A stretch of 64,000 nucleotides of DNA from an uncultured Gammaproteobacteria bacterium (GCA_964571255.1 CAZNAA010000002.1:28746-92745), one strand, 5' to 3'. Shown: positions 50,658 through 60,506, counted from the first letter of the stretch. Notes: generated from the sequence alone by a model not told the origin. Program-made: numbers and translations.

Positions 50658-52775
50658 ATGACTGATTCAAAAAAAGAACTCCTTTCCTATTTAGAAAACA
50701 TGTCTCTTCTTTTCTTAGGAATTCTCTTTCTAGCTTTTCCTTTGATTTTCTCTCAACAAACGACTGAGACCTTTGTCCTTCCAAAACAAATCCTTCTGGG
50801 AAGTACTGTTTTAGTAAGCTTTTTGTTTTTTGGAGTCCGAATGCTTCTCGAAGGACGAGTGAGACTCAAAACAACTCCGTTTGACCTACCTCTTTTTTTC
50901 ATGACCGTAACGTTTGCCCTTTCTTCTTATTTATCACTCAATAAGTTTGATGCACTTATCGCCTATATCCCCTTCCTTTTTGGCATTTTAGTTTACTTTA
51001 TCGTAGTTAACGTTGTAACAGGAAGGAATGCAACACTTTTTCTTCTGGGCTCACTCGTTACAGGGGCAGCACTCAGTAGCGTACTCACTATCCTTGCTTC
51101 TCTCAAAGTCACTTTTTTCCCTTTCACCCAAGTACTTGCCCAAACACAAACTACCATGGGATCTCTATTGGATCAAAGCATGTATCTAGCAGTCGTTGCT
51201 ACAATTGCCGGATATGTTGCGTATCCTCTGTTTGAAGGGAGAAAAGCAACTCAGGAGCAAAAGCCTCTTTTTGCTGCGTTTGCAGCCATGGGAGTTTTGA
51301 TTGTAATTGGCCTTTTGGTAACTCTATTTCTCCTCTTCAAGCAAAAACCAGCTCTTCTTCCTTTCTCAACAGGATTTCAAACTGCCTTTGCTGCTATCTC
51401 ACAAGATGGTGGACGTCAACTTATGAGTTTTCTATTTGGCAGTGGATTTGGAACTTTTGTGACCGTCTTTACTAAATTCAAACAAGCGACGTATAATGCG
51501 TTTCCCACTCTTTGGTCAATAACCTTTTTTAGATCAAGTAGTTTTATACTAGAACTTTTAGCTACAACAGGATTTCTTGGCTTCTTAAGCTTTATGCTCC
51601 TTCTCTATCGATTCATTCGCACTCGAGTTTTTTATCTGCCACTTATCTTAGTTTTTGCAGCAGCGTTTCTTCTTCCCTTCTCCTATAACTCCCAAATGCT
51701 TCTTTTCTTTGTCCTTGCAGTATTTGCCATCCTTCATAGTAGAGATAACGAAAGACTCTATCAGAACTTGGAATTCTATTTTGTGGCTCTTAAAAGAGGC
51801 TTAGTCACCACAGAAGATGCTCCAATAAGACAATATGAAGAAAAAGGAGCGAAGATTCTTCCTATTATCCTCTTTGTTATCCTTGCTGGACTTTTTGGAG
51901 GACTTGCATATATCTCCACTCGATTTGTGATCTCAGACGTGTTATTTAAAAAGTCCTTTGTAGCAGCTTCGAAAAATGACGGACTTACTACCTACAGACT
52001 CCAAGAAAGTGCTCTCAAAACCTTTTTGTACAAAGATACATATCACTCCATCTTTGCTCAAACAAATCTAGCACTTGCTAACTCAGTTGCAAATTCTCAA
52101 CCAAAAAACTCCTCTCCTAGCGCGCAGACAAGTCAACAGATATTAGGATTTATTCAGCAATCAATTAATGCAGGAAAGTCAGCAACAGCAATTTCTCCTC
52201 TTACTGCATCCAACTGGAATAACCTATCAAGCATTTATAGATCTCTTATAGGTTTTGGACAAAATGCAGAAGTCTTTGCCAGAGATGCGAATCTGCAAGC
52301 CATTCAACTTGACTCAACTAACCCACAACAATATATCAATCTAGGTGGTATCTACTACCAACTGCAACAATGGGATTTGGCTGAGCAAGCATTTATTCGA
52401 GCAATTGATTTAAAATCTGACTATGCTAATGCATACTATAACCTTGGTCATACCATGGAAAACAAAGGGGATTTAAGTGGCGCTTTGAGACAATACCAAG
52501 TAGTTGAGCAACTCGTTAAAGCCCAAAAGGAGGATATAACAAAGATTCAAGAAGAGATAAAAGTCCTTCAAGCAAAAATAGCCAAACAAACTCCCCCTCA
52601 GTCACAAGCTGAAGACCAAACAGGAACGGATGATCTTTCCATCAATCAACCAGAAACCACTCTTCCTGAGCAAAAAGAGAAAGCACCAATTGACGGACCT
52701 GAAGTAAAATTAACCCCTACCCCAACACCAAGTACTCCTCCTTCAAAAACCCCATCACCTTCTCTAAGTAACTAA
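50658..52775 (+). CDS. polytopic membrane protein (O-antigen-ligase/Wzy_C-like) with C-terminal TPR repeats and Pro/Thr tail
   Basis: 705 aa. About 12 TM helices in the first ~430 aa. TPR-like repeats follow (YINLGGIYYQLQQWDLAEQAFIRAIDLKSDYANAYYNLGHTMENKGDLSGA). The protein ends TPTPTPSTPPSKTPSPSLSN. Confidence 0.5.
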   Translation: MTDSKKELLSYLENMSLLFLGILFLAFPLIFSQQTTETFVLPKQILLGSTVLVSFLFFGVRMLLEGRVRLKTTPFDLPLFFMTVTFALSSYLSLNKFDALIAYIPFLFGILVYFIVVNVVTGRNATLFLLGSLVTGAALSSVLTILASLKVTFFPFTQVLAQTQTTMGSLLDQSMYLAVVATIAGYVAYPLFEGRKATQEQKPLFAAFAAMGVLIVIGLLVTLFLLFKQKPALLPFSTGFQTAFAAISQDGGRQLMSFLFGSGFGTFVTVFTKFKQATYNAFPTLWSITFFRSSSFILELLATTGFLGFLSFMLLLYRFIRTRVFYLPLILVFAAAFLLPFSYNSQMLLFFVLAVFAILHSRDNERLYQNLEFYFVALKRGLVTTEDAPIRQYEEKGAKILPIILFVILAGLFGGLAYISTRFVISDVLFKKSFVAASKNDGLTTYRLQESALKTFLYKDTYHSIFAQTNLALANSVANSQPKNSSPSAQTSQQILGFIQQSINAGKSATAISPLTASNWNNLSSIYRSLIGFGQNAEVFARDANLQAIQLDSTNPQQYINLGGIYYQLQQWDLAEQAFIRAIDLKSDYANAYYNLGHTMENKGDLSGALRQYQVVEQLVKAQKEDITKIQEEIKVLQAKIAKQTPPQSQAEDQTGTDDLSINQPETTLPEQKEKAPIDGPEVKLTPTPTPSTPPSKTPSPSLSN

Positions 52776-53033
52776 TACTATATCCATATAGATCATTTTT
52801 TCGTTTATACTGCCTCTATGGGAAATAAAGAAGCACTTAGGCTTGCAAAAAAAGATCGTATTGACAAGTTTCTCAGACACAATGCAGAGGTATATCAAGG
52901 AGAAGAAAGAAGATGGAGGATTAATTTTATTACTGAAAACACAAGGGAAATGTTAGAACTATTTCCAGAACAACAAAAAAAGATATCCTCTCTCAAAGAC
53001 TGCGTTACTAGCAGTATTCATTTTTATGATGTT

Positions 53034-53306
53034 CTATCGATACAATTGGCTATGAGTTCCTAGTAATTCAAAATAGTACTCTTGTTTTGATCCTTGAGTT
53101 GTCCGGATAGAATAAATAGCTCTCCAATATCCTGTAATATTTATACTTCGTAAACCGTGAAACTTTCCAGTAAGAGCATGGTTATTCAGAGTTTTATCCA
53201 TCGGGCTTTGAATAAAGAGATCGAGTCTTATTTTTACTTTCTTTTGTACTTGTAGAGGAGTTTTTTTATATTGCTTCTGAAATGTAGTTGAATACTTAAT
53301 ATTCAT
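53034..53306 (-). CDS. type II toxin, RelE/ParE family
   Basis: 90 aa. LTGKFHGLRSINITGYWRAIYSI is the RelE/ParE core. Confidence 0.7.
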   Translation of the reverse strand: MNIKYSTTFQKQYKKTPLQVQKKVKIRLDLFIQSPMDKTLNNHALTGKFHGLRSINITGYWRAIYSIRTTQGSKQEYYFELLGTHSQLYR

Positions 53307-53314
53307 GATCTATT

Positions 53315-53596
53315 TCAACTATCTAACCATTTAAAAGAATCTCTCGTATTTGTAAAAGAAGGTGAAGCCTTCCCTTCTTTATATTCATAGTCAGAAGATT
53401 TTAATGCCTGTATCATATACTCTGAGGGTTCTTCTTCATCAAGACTTACTGATAAGCGTTTTGTTCGAATAAACTGCTTGAGAAGTACCTTCATTACAGC
53501 ACTTAAAGAAAGCCCTAGCTCCTCAGCTGTTTGTTGAGCTTGTTTTTTGATATTTGCTTCCAATTTTATATGCACAGATGTAATATTCATATACAC
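53315..53596 (-). CDS. antitoxin, RelB/DinJ family (RHH)
   Basis: 93 aa. VHIKLEANIKKQAQQTAEELGLSLSAVMKVLLKQFI is DinJ-like. Sits immediately upstream of the toxin. Confidence 0.65.
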   Translation of the reverse strand: MYMNITSVHIKLEANIKKQAQQTAEELGLSLSAVMKVLLKQFIRTKRLSVSLDEEEPSEYMIQALKSSDYEYKEGKASPSFTNTRDSFKWLDS

Positions 53597-53660
53597 GTAA
53601 CATACACAACGTGGTCTATTTTGTCAATAGCTCTACGTCTGTTCGTTTAAAATACATAAG

Positions 53661-53731
53661 TGGACCCGAAGGGAATCGAACCCTCTATTTCGCTATGCCA
53701 TAGCGATGTGTTACCGGTATACCACGGGCCC
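53661..53731 (-). tRNA. tRNA-Ala (anticodon GGC)
   Basis: The reverse complement folds as a cloverleaf: acceptor GGGCCCG/CGGGTCC with the G3:U70 Ala identity pair, anticodon loop ATGGCAT, and T-arm GAGGG-TTCGATT-CCCTT. 71 nt. CCA is not encoded. Confidence 0.75.
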
Positions 53732-54859
53732 TTATGGTAAATATACCATAGGATTAACTAATGCTCCGTTTTTCTGTAATTCAAAATGTAAGTGAGCCCC
53801 CGTTGTTCTTCCCGTTAACCCCACCCAACCAACCACTGTTTTTCCAGCATACACGCTTTGTCCGGCTGAGACATTAAGCCCTGACATATGAGCATAATGG
53901 GTTGCTGACCCACTACCATTATCCACCCAGACATTCGTTCCGTATCCATAATCCCACGTTCCACTCGAAACCCTTGTTACTGTTCCATCTTGTGCTGCAT
54001 AGATAGGAGTCCCAACAGAACTGGTGATATCAAGTGCCATATGATACCAAGAAGCAAATTGAGAAATTCCTCCTCGAAGTGGCCAGGAGAATCCTCCTCC
54101 AGATACTTTTCCAACAGGAGCTGAGGCGATATACGTTTGTCGAGCAATTCGAGGAGTGGCTGGTTTAATAATCTCTCCATCAGGAACTACTAACATTTGT
54201 CCTTCAACGAGTGAGAAAGTCTCAGGATTGGCAAAATCATTAAAAGGAAAATCTACTATTTTTTGGGCTTCCGTATTATACTTTTTGGCAATCGTCAAAA
54301 CTGTTTCTCCTTTAGCAACTTTGTGCCGTACTCCTGTAACAGGGAGAATTTTCAACTCTTCTCCAACAGTTACGTTATCTGAAGTTAAATTATTTGACCA
54401 TTTAATCGTATCAACTGATACGTCAAACTTTTTAGCAATCGTTGATAGCGTATCTCCTTTTTCTATGGTATACACGACTACTTGGTCTCTCACTTTTTGT
54501 GAAATTTGGGTAGCAAAGATATCCTCTCCTACTTCAATTGATTGTTGCTCAGACGCCACTAAGACTTGTTGGGAAGAAGTGTCTGAGGAGAAAACCGGGT
54601 AGGTGTCTGCAAGAAAGGGAGCAATGAGTACGCCAAAACCTAGTACTCCCATAGTGGCAAAATGTAAAAAAGGACGATTGTATCTCCCCCGTTTCATGAG
54701 AAGAAAGCGAACGAGTACATTCTTATACTCTTCAAACCTTTTACTTGCTTTTAAAATGTTTTTTTTGAAATAAGAGAGGAAGAAAAGAAGGAAAAGGACA
54801 AATTCTTTTTTCAAGAAGGAAGACGTTTCTGACAAGGTCGTTTTTATCCGATTGATCAT
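53732..54859 (-). CDS. LysM-domain M23-family peptidoglycan endopeptidase
   Basis: 375 aa. Two LysM repeats (YTIEKGDTLSTIAKKF..., HKVAKGETVLTIAKKY...) and an M23 C-terminus (HYAHMS...GLTGRTTGAHLHFEL). The true start may be the downstream Met (MKRGRYNRPF...). Confidence 0.85.
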   Translation of the reverse strand: MINRIKTTLSETSSFLKKEFVLFLLFFLSYFKKNILKASKRFEEYKNVLVRFLLMKRGRYNRPFLHFATMGVLGFGVLIAPFLADTYPVFSSDTSSQQVLVASEQQSIEVGEDIFATQISQKVRDQVVVYTIEKGDTLSTIAKKFDVSVDTIKWSNNLTSDNVTVGEELKILPVTGVRHKVAKGETVLTIAKKYNTEAQKIVDFPFNDFANPETFSLVEGQMLVVPDGEIIKPATPRIARQTYIASAPVGKVSGGGFSWPLRGGISQFASWYHMALDITSSVGTPIYAAQDGTVTRVSSGTWDYGYGTNVWVDNGSGSATHYAHMSGLNVSAGQSVYAGKTVVGWVGLTGRTTGAHLHFELQKNGALVNPMVYLP

Positions 54860-54920
54860 AAAGGAGGGTGTGTGGATCTCTCAAGTGTAGCAAATATTGG
54901 TGTTTTGAGTCAATTCTTCT

Positions 54921-56228
54921 CTATTTTCCAAGAGTCTCGAGAAACTCATCATTTGATTCCGTTTGGCTCAATCTCTCAATTAAAATACTCGTTCTTTCAT
55001 CAGGTCCAAGCATATCAATCATTCGTCTCATGGTAACCATTTTCTTATACGTTGGGTCATCAAGCAGCAACTCTTCTTGTCTAGTTCCTGATCTTTCGAC
55101 ATTAATCGCAGGATAAATTCGGCGCTCTGCCAGTCTGCGATCTAAATGCAACTCCATATTTCCCGTTCCCTTAAACTCTTCATAGACCAAGTCATCAAGT
55201 CGGGATCCCGTATCAATCAGAGCTGTTCCAATAATGGTGAGAGAACCTCCGTCTTTGCAGTTTCGAGCTGCTCCAAAAATTCTTTTAGCTGGCCAGAGAG
55301 CAGCTGGATCAAATCCTCCGGAAAGGGTTCGTCCACTAGGCGCAACGGAAAGATTATAGGCACGAGCAAGTCTCGTGATTGAATCTAAAAGAACAATCAC
55401 GTCTTTGCCTGTTTCAACAAGTCGTTTCGCTCGCTCCAGAGCAATTTCAGCAATTCGGGTTTGATCCTCTGGTGGTTCATCAAAGTTTGAGGCAACTACT
55501 TCTCCGTGAACTGATGAGGAAATATCTGTTACTTCCTCAGGACGCTCTCCAACTAAAACGGCCATTAAGAAAGAATCAGGAAAGTTTTTGGCAATTCCTG
55601 CGGCCAAGTCTTTGAGAATGGTTGTCTTTCCTGCTTTTGGAGGAGAAACGATCATTCCACGCTGTCCAAATCCAATAGGAGCTACTAAATCAATAATCCG
55701 AGTTGAAAGAGGCAGTTTGCCTGTTGAAAGAGTAATTTGTTTATTAGGATAAATTGGCGTCAGATCCTCAAACCAAGGTCTATTATATGACTCCTCCCCT
55801 GTTTGTCCATTTACTTTCTCGACCTTTAATAAGCCGTAATATCTTTCATTGTCTTTGGGAGGACGAGCAACTCCTTCAACCAAATCTCCTCCACGCAGCG
55901 CAAACCTTCTAATTTGAGATTGAGAGATATAAATATCACGATTGGAGGGAACAAATTTAGGACGCAAAAACCCATGTCCTTCAGGCTGTAAGTCTAAATA
56001 TCCTTTTACTTCCTCAGTTGGACCTTGTTGAACTGCAGGATATGAGGAAGAATAACCTCCACCATTACCATTTTGACCTCCTTGATCATCATAGGATTGG
56101 TTTGAAGAAGATTGGCTAGATGAGTTTTCCTGAAAATCATCATTTGGAGACACACGACGAGGACGGAGTGTTTTACCCACAAAATCAGCTGCAGAACTTG
56201 AGGAAACTGGTTTTCTTGTATATGGCAT
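54921..56228 (-). CDS. rho: transcription termination factor Rho
   Basis: 435 aa. Has an RNA-binding OB fold and RecA-type ATPase motifs (GQRGMIVSPPKAGKTT; LLDSITRLARAYN). A Q/S/G/N-rich low-complexity insertion lies near the N-terminus. Confidence 0.9.
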   Translation of the reverse strand: MPYTRKPVSSSSAADFVGKTLRPRRVSPNDDFQENSSSQSSSNQSYDDQGGQNGNGGGYSSSYPAVQQGPTEEVKGYLDLQPEGHGFLRPKFVPSNRDIYISQSQIRRFALRGGDLVEGVARPPKDNERYYGLLKVEKVNGQTGEESYNRPWFEDLTPIYPNKQITLSTGKLPLSTRIIDLVAPIGFGQRGMIVSPPKAGKTTILKDLAAGIAKNFPDSFLMAVLVGERPEEVTDISSSVHGEVVASNFDEPPEDQTRIAEIALERAKRLVETGKDVIVLLDSITRLARAYNLSVAPSGRTLSGGFDPAALWPAKRIFGAARNCKDGGSLTIIGTALIDTGSRLDDLVYEEFKGTGNMELHLDRRLAERRIYPAINVERSGTRQEELLLDDPTYKKMVTMRRMIDMLGPDERTSILIERLSQTESNDEFLETLGK

Positions 56229-56366
56229 AGGAAATTTAACTTAGAAGGGAATTTAGTACCATTTTATCTGTAAACAGAAGCGGTAATATGTGTATTATAT
56301 CGTATATGTAAGACTTGTCAAGATCCTTCCCTTGACAAACCAGGTGTCTCGATCAATAATCCATGC

Positions 56367-57050
56367 ATGAGAAAATGGATTATTCTAGCACTTCTTTTTG
56401 TTTTAGCTGCACTCATTCCCTCTTTCGCTTTTGCTGATACCGCCTGTCAACCTAGATACGGGGGAGGCGTAACGTGTGATAAGAATACAACAGTTGTGGA
56501 TAAAAAGGTAAAAAATCCCCAAACCAACCTCTATGTAAATACCCTTGATACCAAAGGCCCACTCTTTACACCTACTGACACGGTCATGTTTCGAATAAGT
56601 GTTACCAATATCGGAACGACTGCTCTAACCAATATCCCCTTGGTAGATAACTTTCCTAAGTATCTAACTCACGTAAAGGGCGGAACATGGGATGCTAGTA
56701 AGCGACAAGTGAAGTTTATGATCACCAGACTCGCAGCCAATGAAACTAAGACGTTTGAAATAGAAGCACTTTTATCAGATAAAGAAACTATTTCAGAAAC
56801 AGCCAGTCTGTTTTGTCTCTCCAATACTGCCTCCACGACTCTTTTGGAACAAACCTTTCAAGACAGTGCTCAGTTTTGTATAGAAAAAGAAGGAGAGGAA
56901 ACAATTCCTTCTCAATCTAAAGGTGGACTTCCCGTCTTTACTCCTCAAAAGGGAACTCCTTCTCACACTCCAAAAACCGGAGCAGAAGTAACACTGCTTC
57001 TTCCCATTCTTGGAGGACTAGGGTATTTTCTGAAAAGAAGAACTAACTAA
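56367..57050 (+). CDS. DUF11-like surface protein with C-terminal sorting signal (TPKTGAE + TM + KRRTN)
   Basis: 227 aa with a signal peptide. The DUF11-type repeat domain is (SVTNIGTTALTNIPLVDNFPKYL...W...ANETKTFEIEA). It ends HTPKTGAEVTLLLPILGGLGYFLKRRTN. Confidence 0.6.
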   Translation: MRKWIILALLFVLAALIPSFAFADTACQPRYGGGVTCDKNTTVVDKKVKNPQTNLYVNTLDTKGPLFTPTDTVMFRISVTNIGTTALTNIPLVDNFPKYLTHVKGGTWDASKRQVKFMITRLAANETKTFEIEALLSDKETISETASLFCLSNTASTTLLEQTFQDSAQFCIEKEGEETIPSQSKGGLPVFTPQKGTPSHTPKTGAEVTLLLPILGGLGYFLKRRTN

Positions 57051-59199
57051 CCTTTTTTCCAAATCGCTCACGAGAAACTCTCATGACTTTTTCCTTATTT
57101 TGAGATCTGGAATTAGGAAGTGGCAAAGTGTAGCAGAAGAACGGACTACTCGTTGTTCCATCAATACAAAGTTTTAACATTGCTTGATAGTTTCCTAGAG
57201 CCAAGATATCCTCTTCTTTAAATCTCTCCTTAAACTCTTTGGCCAAATACGTGGCATCATTTGCTCCAACCAGAAAAGTCATCAGAGTCCCTGCATTTCC
57301 AAAAATAGCTGATCTGATATCCTCTTGGACTTGATCAATGTATTGATTTGCTAAAATCAAGCTTAAACGAAACTTTCGAGCTTCAGAGAGAATTTTGATA
57401 AAAGAGGTTGTGGCAAAGTTTTGGAACTCATCAACGTACAAGTAAAAGTCCCGTCTCTCCTCCTCCGGAATAGAAACTCGATTCATTGCGGCCAGTTGAA
57501 TTTTGGTAATAATCATAGCACCAAGTAGTGCTGCATTATCTTCTCCCAAATGACCTTGGGACAAGTTTAAAATAAGAATTTTTCCTTCATTCATGATTTT
57601 TTCTAAATCAATGGTCGATTTGGGATGTCCTATGATATTTCTAATTGTTTTACTTGAGGTAAATTGGCCTACTTTATTAAGAATAGGCGCAACAGCCTCA
57701 GTCATCATCTTTGGATCCATGGCATTAAACTCTTTTTCCCAAAAGTTAATAAGCACTGGATCTGTTAAGTTATCAATCACTTTTTTTCGAAAAGCTGCAT
57801 TGGTCAAAACGTCAGGAACCATAAGAAGAGTTGCATCAGGCATTTCAATAATCGAAACAATCGTGTTTCTTAAAATATACTCAAGCCGAGGCCCCCAGCT
57901 TGTTCCATAGAGTTTTTTGAAAATAGCTACAATTCCTGAAGCAACGAGTTCTTTTTGCGCATCATTCGTTACTTCAAGTGGATTAATCGCAAATTGATAC
58001 TCCGTATCGGCTGGATTCATATAGGCAATATCATTCACCCTATATGAAGGGACAAATTCTAAAATATGCTCACATAAGTCACCGTGTGGATCAATGACAC
58101 AAAACCCACGTCTTTTTCTCAAATCATCAATCGCCATATTGGCAATAAAAGTTGATTTACCCGTACCTGACTTTCCAATGACATACAAGTGACGCCTTCT
58201 ATCCACTTTCTTAATGCCAAAGTTTGTTAACTTATTCTTATATTCAGTCTTTGCAAAAAAGTTAATGTCTTGTAACTCCTCTTCTGTTTTTCCTTCAGAA
58301 ACTGGAAGTGTTTCTGGTGCATCGGAAAGAATTACTCTATGCCAGGCCAAGTTATGAATAGTAGATAGTTTGATATTGGGAAAATGGAAGATACTCGCTA
58401 TTTCCCAGACGTTTAAGATTTGTCCTAAGGGAATAAACTTTCTAGAGCGAGTCACAATAGATTGAATAAGTTGGTCTTTTTGCCAAAATAGAGGTTTTTT
58501 TGTTATCAAGCTATTTGCTGAAGGATGAGCAAAGGTGGCAAAACTTTGCGTGATTTCTGAGAGGTATTTTGAGCCTCTATGACTATCATCACTACTCACG
58601 AGAACTCTAATCCCTGTATTAAACCCAACAACAGATACCTTTTCGGTAATGAGAGCTGCGTAAGGGTTAGGAGAAGTTGTGCCATCACTACTCGTTACCT
58701 TTCCATTAGCAACACCTCTCCCCTTTGACTGCCAGGATGAAGAAACAGGCACCAAAAGATACTGCACCACTGCACTATCCCCCGGCTGACACTTTGAGAG
58801 AATACTCAATACACTGGAGAGTGGATCAACATCTTTGAATTCCCTGACTGTTTTTAATGGATAAATAGAAGGATGAGACAACGTCAAACTCGAAGCAAGC
58901 TTATGAGAAGCTTGTAACATTTCCGGCATATAGTCCTTAACTGCTGAAATGAGTGCTTTGGGGTATTGAGAAAGAAGCTGACTCTCAACAAAAATACGAG
59001 AGGATTCAGGAATGGTGAGATAGAAATGAACGATCTGGTCAATTACGGCAATTTCTAAAGTAATAGGAATTCCCTTTTTCCAAAAATACCTTACTCGAGT
59101 TTTAAGCGTTGTTAAGGTGGTTAAAAACTGCACCATAGCCTCAACTGTTTCTTCTCCAGTCCGGCTTGTTTTGATTTCTAGAACAACTTTCTCACTCAT
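57043..59199 (-). CDS. P-loop ATPase of the FtsK/HerA/TraG-VirD4 (DUF87-like) clade
   Basis: 718 aa. Walker A (VIGKSGTGKSTFIANM) and Walker B (FYLYVDEFQNF) motifs, plus a downstream ARKFRLSLILANQ segment typical of T4SS coupling-protein-like ATPases. Confidence 0.6.
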   Translation of the reverse strand: MSEKVVLEIKTSRTGEETVEAMVQFLTTLTTLKTRVRYFWKKGIPITLEIAVIDQIVHFYLTIPESSRIFVESQLLSQYPKALISAVKDYMPEMLQASHKLASSLTLSHPSIYPLKTVREFKDVDPLSSVLSILSKCQPGDSAVVQYLLVPVSSSWQSKGRGVANGKVTSSDGTTSPNPYAALITEKVSVVGFNTGIRVLVSSDDSHRGSKYLSEITQSFATFAHPSANSLITKKPLFWQKDQLIQSIVTRSRKFIPLGQILNVWEIASIFHFPNIKLSTIHNLAWHRVILSDAPETLPVSEGKTEEELQDINFFAKTEYKNKLTNFGIKKVDRRRHLYVIGKSGTGKSTFIANMAIDDLRKRRGFCVIDPHGDLCEHILEFVPSYRVNDIAYMNPADTEYQFAINPLEVTNDAQKELVASGIVAIFKKLYGTSWGPRLEYILRNTIVSIIEMPDATLLMVPDVLTNAAFRKKVIDNLTDPVLINFWEKEFNAMDPKMMTEAVAPILNKVGQFTSSKTIRNIIGHPKSTIDLEKIMNEGKILILNLSQGHLGEDNAALLGAMIITKIQLAAMNRVSIPEEERRDFYLYVDEFQNFATTSFIKILSEARKFRLSLILANQYIDQVQEDIRSAIFGNAGTLMTFLVGANDATYLAKEFKERFKEEDILALGNYQAMLKLCIDGTTSSPFFCYTLPLPNSRSQNKEKVMRVSRERFGKKVS

Positions 59200-59237
59200 A
59201 TCATTATTTTACCTCTTTTTTCTCTCCCACACAAACT

Positions 59238-59265
59238 TGCACATTCACAAATAGTAGCCTATAAT
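59238..59265 (+). promoter_or_regulatory. sigma70-like promoter (TTGCAC-16 nt-TATAAT-ACA), third copy of the cassette seen at 5838 and 6812
   Basis: TTGCAC lies at 59238-59243 and TATAAT at 59260-59265. A leader box CTTAACAAGG (59323-59332) matches CTTTAACAAGG of the other two copies. Confidence 0.5.
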
Positions 59266-59453
59266 ACAACTAGCTTTTCTCCCATTGTATGCAATGGAGG
59301 AGAAAAAGCACTCTTTTAGCACCTTAACAAGGTATCCACAACATCATCCAGCCTCACATTCTGTACCCTATTCCTTTTAGTATATAGAATGTGTGGCGCA
59401 TGGATGATGCCACAAAGTAACGATTTTACCAATACGCACAGAAGGAGTATCCC

Positions 59454-60506
59454 ATGTCAAAACGGCGACGGATCACAATCGGCCTCATTGGGTTGTTAGT
59501 TTTTAGCCTGCTCTTCCCTCTTAGGGTTGGAGCAGATGACATCCCTCCACGAGAGCTAGCACCCACTATGCATAAAACGCGGTGCGTGCCAAATCAAACA
59601 GTTGGAGATGGAATTCCTACCATTCTTGACGGAGGGGATGGGCACTACGTAGTCCACCCTGAGCTGGCCCCCATCCTGAAACGCGAAGGGGGATTTTGCG
59701 AGATCAAGGCTCTAACCAGCGAATACTCGGAGATCCGCATCACCAGTGCCTCTCCCATCATGGCCATGACTGAGAAAGTACGCCATGAGAAAGTGAAAGA
59801 TATCACTCTGACCGGTAGGACAATAGCGATCTGGATTGACAAGGGCGCAGATGCGTCCAAGATCCTGATCACCGTTCAGTCTGTATTCCTGGACCTGGAT
59901 CCACGAATCGGGGGCGAAAAGTATAATACCCCCGGCTCAACCTACTTCCCGCAAACTGGCCAGAGGATTTCAGAAAAGTTCCTCAAGGCCTGGGAAACTA
60001 ACGGGGGGCTTACCCAGTTCGGCTTCCCTACCTCTCCGGAGGGATTGGAGAGGCTCGAAGACGGCAAGCTCTACAAAATACAGTACTTCGAGCGCGCCCG
60101 ATTCGAGCACCATCCCGAAAACGCGGGGACACGATACGAAGTGATGCTCGGTCAATTCGGCCGACGAATTCATGGGAAGATAGATCCTAACGCCGAGCGG
60201 GCGAAGGATCATACCTGCAGCTATTTCCAGCTTACGTTGGATATAGGCCACAATCTCTGTGGCTCCTTCAACGAGTACTGGGTAACCCATGGCGGGCTTG
60301 CCCAATTCGGGTTCCCGATCACCGAGGAATTCGAAGAAACGCTGGAGGATGGTAAAACCTATCGGGTTCAGTACTTCGAGCGCGCCCGATTCGAGCACCA
60401 TCCAGAGAACCCAGCTCCCTATAACATTCTCCTCGGCCAATTCGGCCGAAGGATTCTAGCTGACTTAGCAAACCAACGCCTAACAAGCGCTGGTAACAAT
60501 AAGTAG
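59454..60506 (+). CDS. GC-rich secreted tandem-repeat protein (350 aa), probably horizontally acquired
   Basis: Strong SD (AGAAGGAG, then 7 nt, then ATG). Has a signal peptide. Two ~100-aa repeats of the form ...GGL.QFGFP...EDGK.Y..QYFERARFEHHPEN...LGQFGRRI. GC is far above the genome background. Confidence 0.65.
   Translation: MSKRRRITIGLIGLLVFSLLFPLRVGADDIPPRELAPTMHKTRCVPNQTVGDGIPTILDGGDGHYVVHPELAPILKREGGFCEIKALTSEYSEIRITSASPIMAMTEKVRHEKVKDITLTGRTIAIWIDKGADASKILITVQSVFLDLDPRIGGEKYNTPGSTYFPQTGQRISEKFLKAWETNGGLTQFGFPTSPEGLERLEDGKLYKIQYFERARFEHHPENAGTRYEVMLGQFGRRIHGKIDPNAERAKDHTCSYFQLTLDIGHNLCGSFNEYWVTHGGLAQFGFPITEEFEETLEDGKTYRVQYFERARFEHHPENPAPYNILLGQFGRRILADLANQRLTSAGNNK

Noticed and set aside
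52818-53063. 81-aa ORF on + strand.
   Set aside because: It has no SD and overlaps the 3' end of the RelE/ParE toxin gene by 30 nt. The sequence is low-complexity. Probably spurious.
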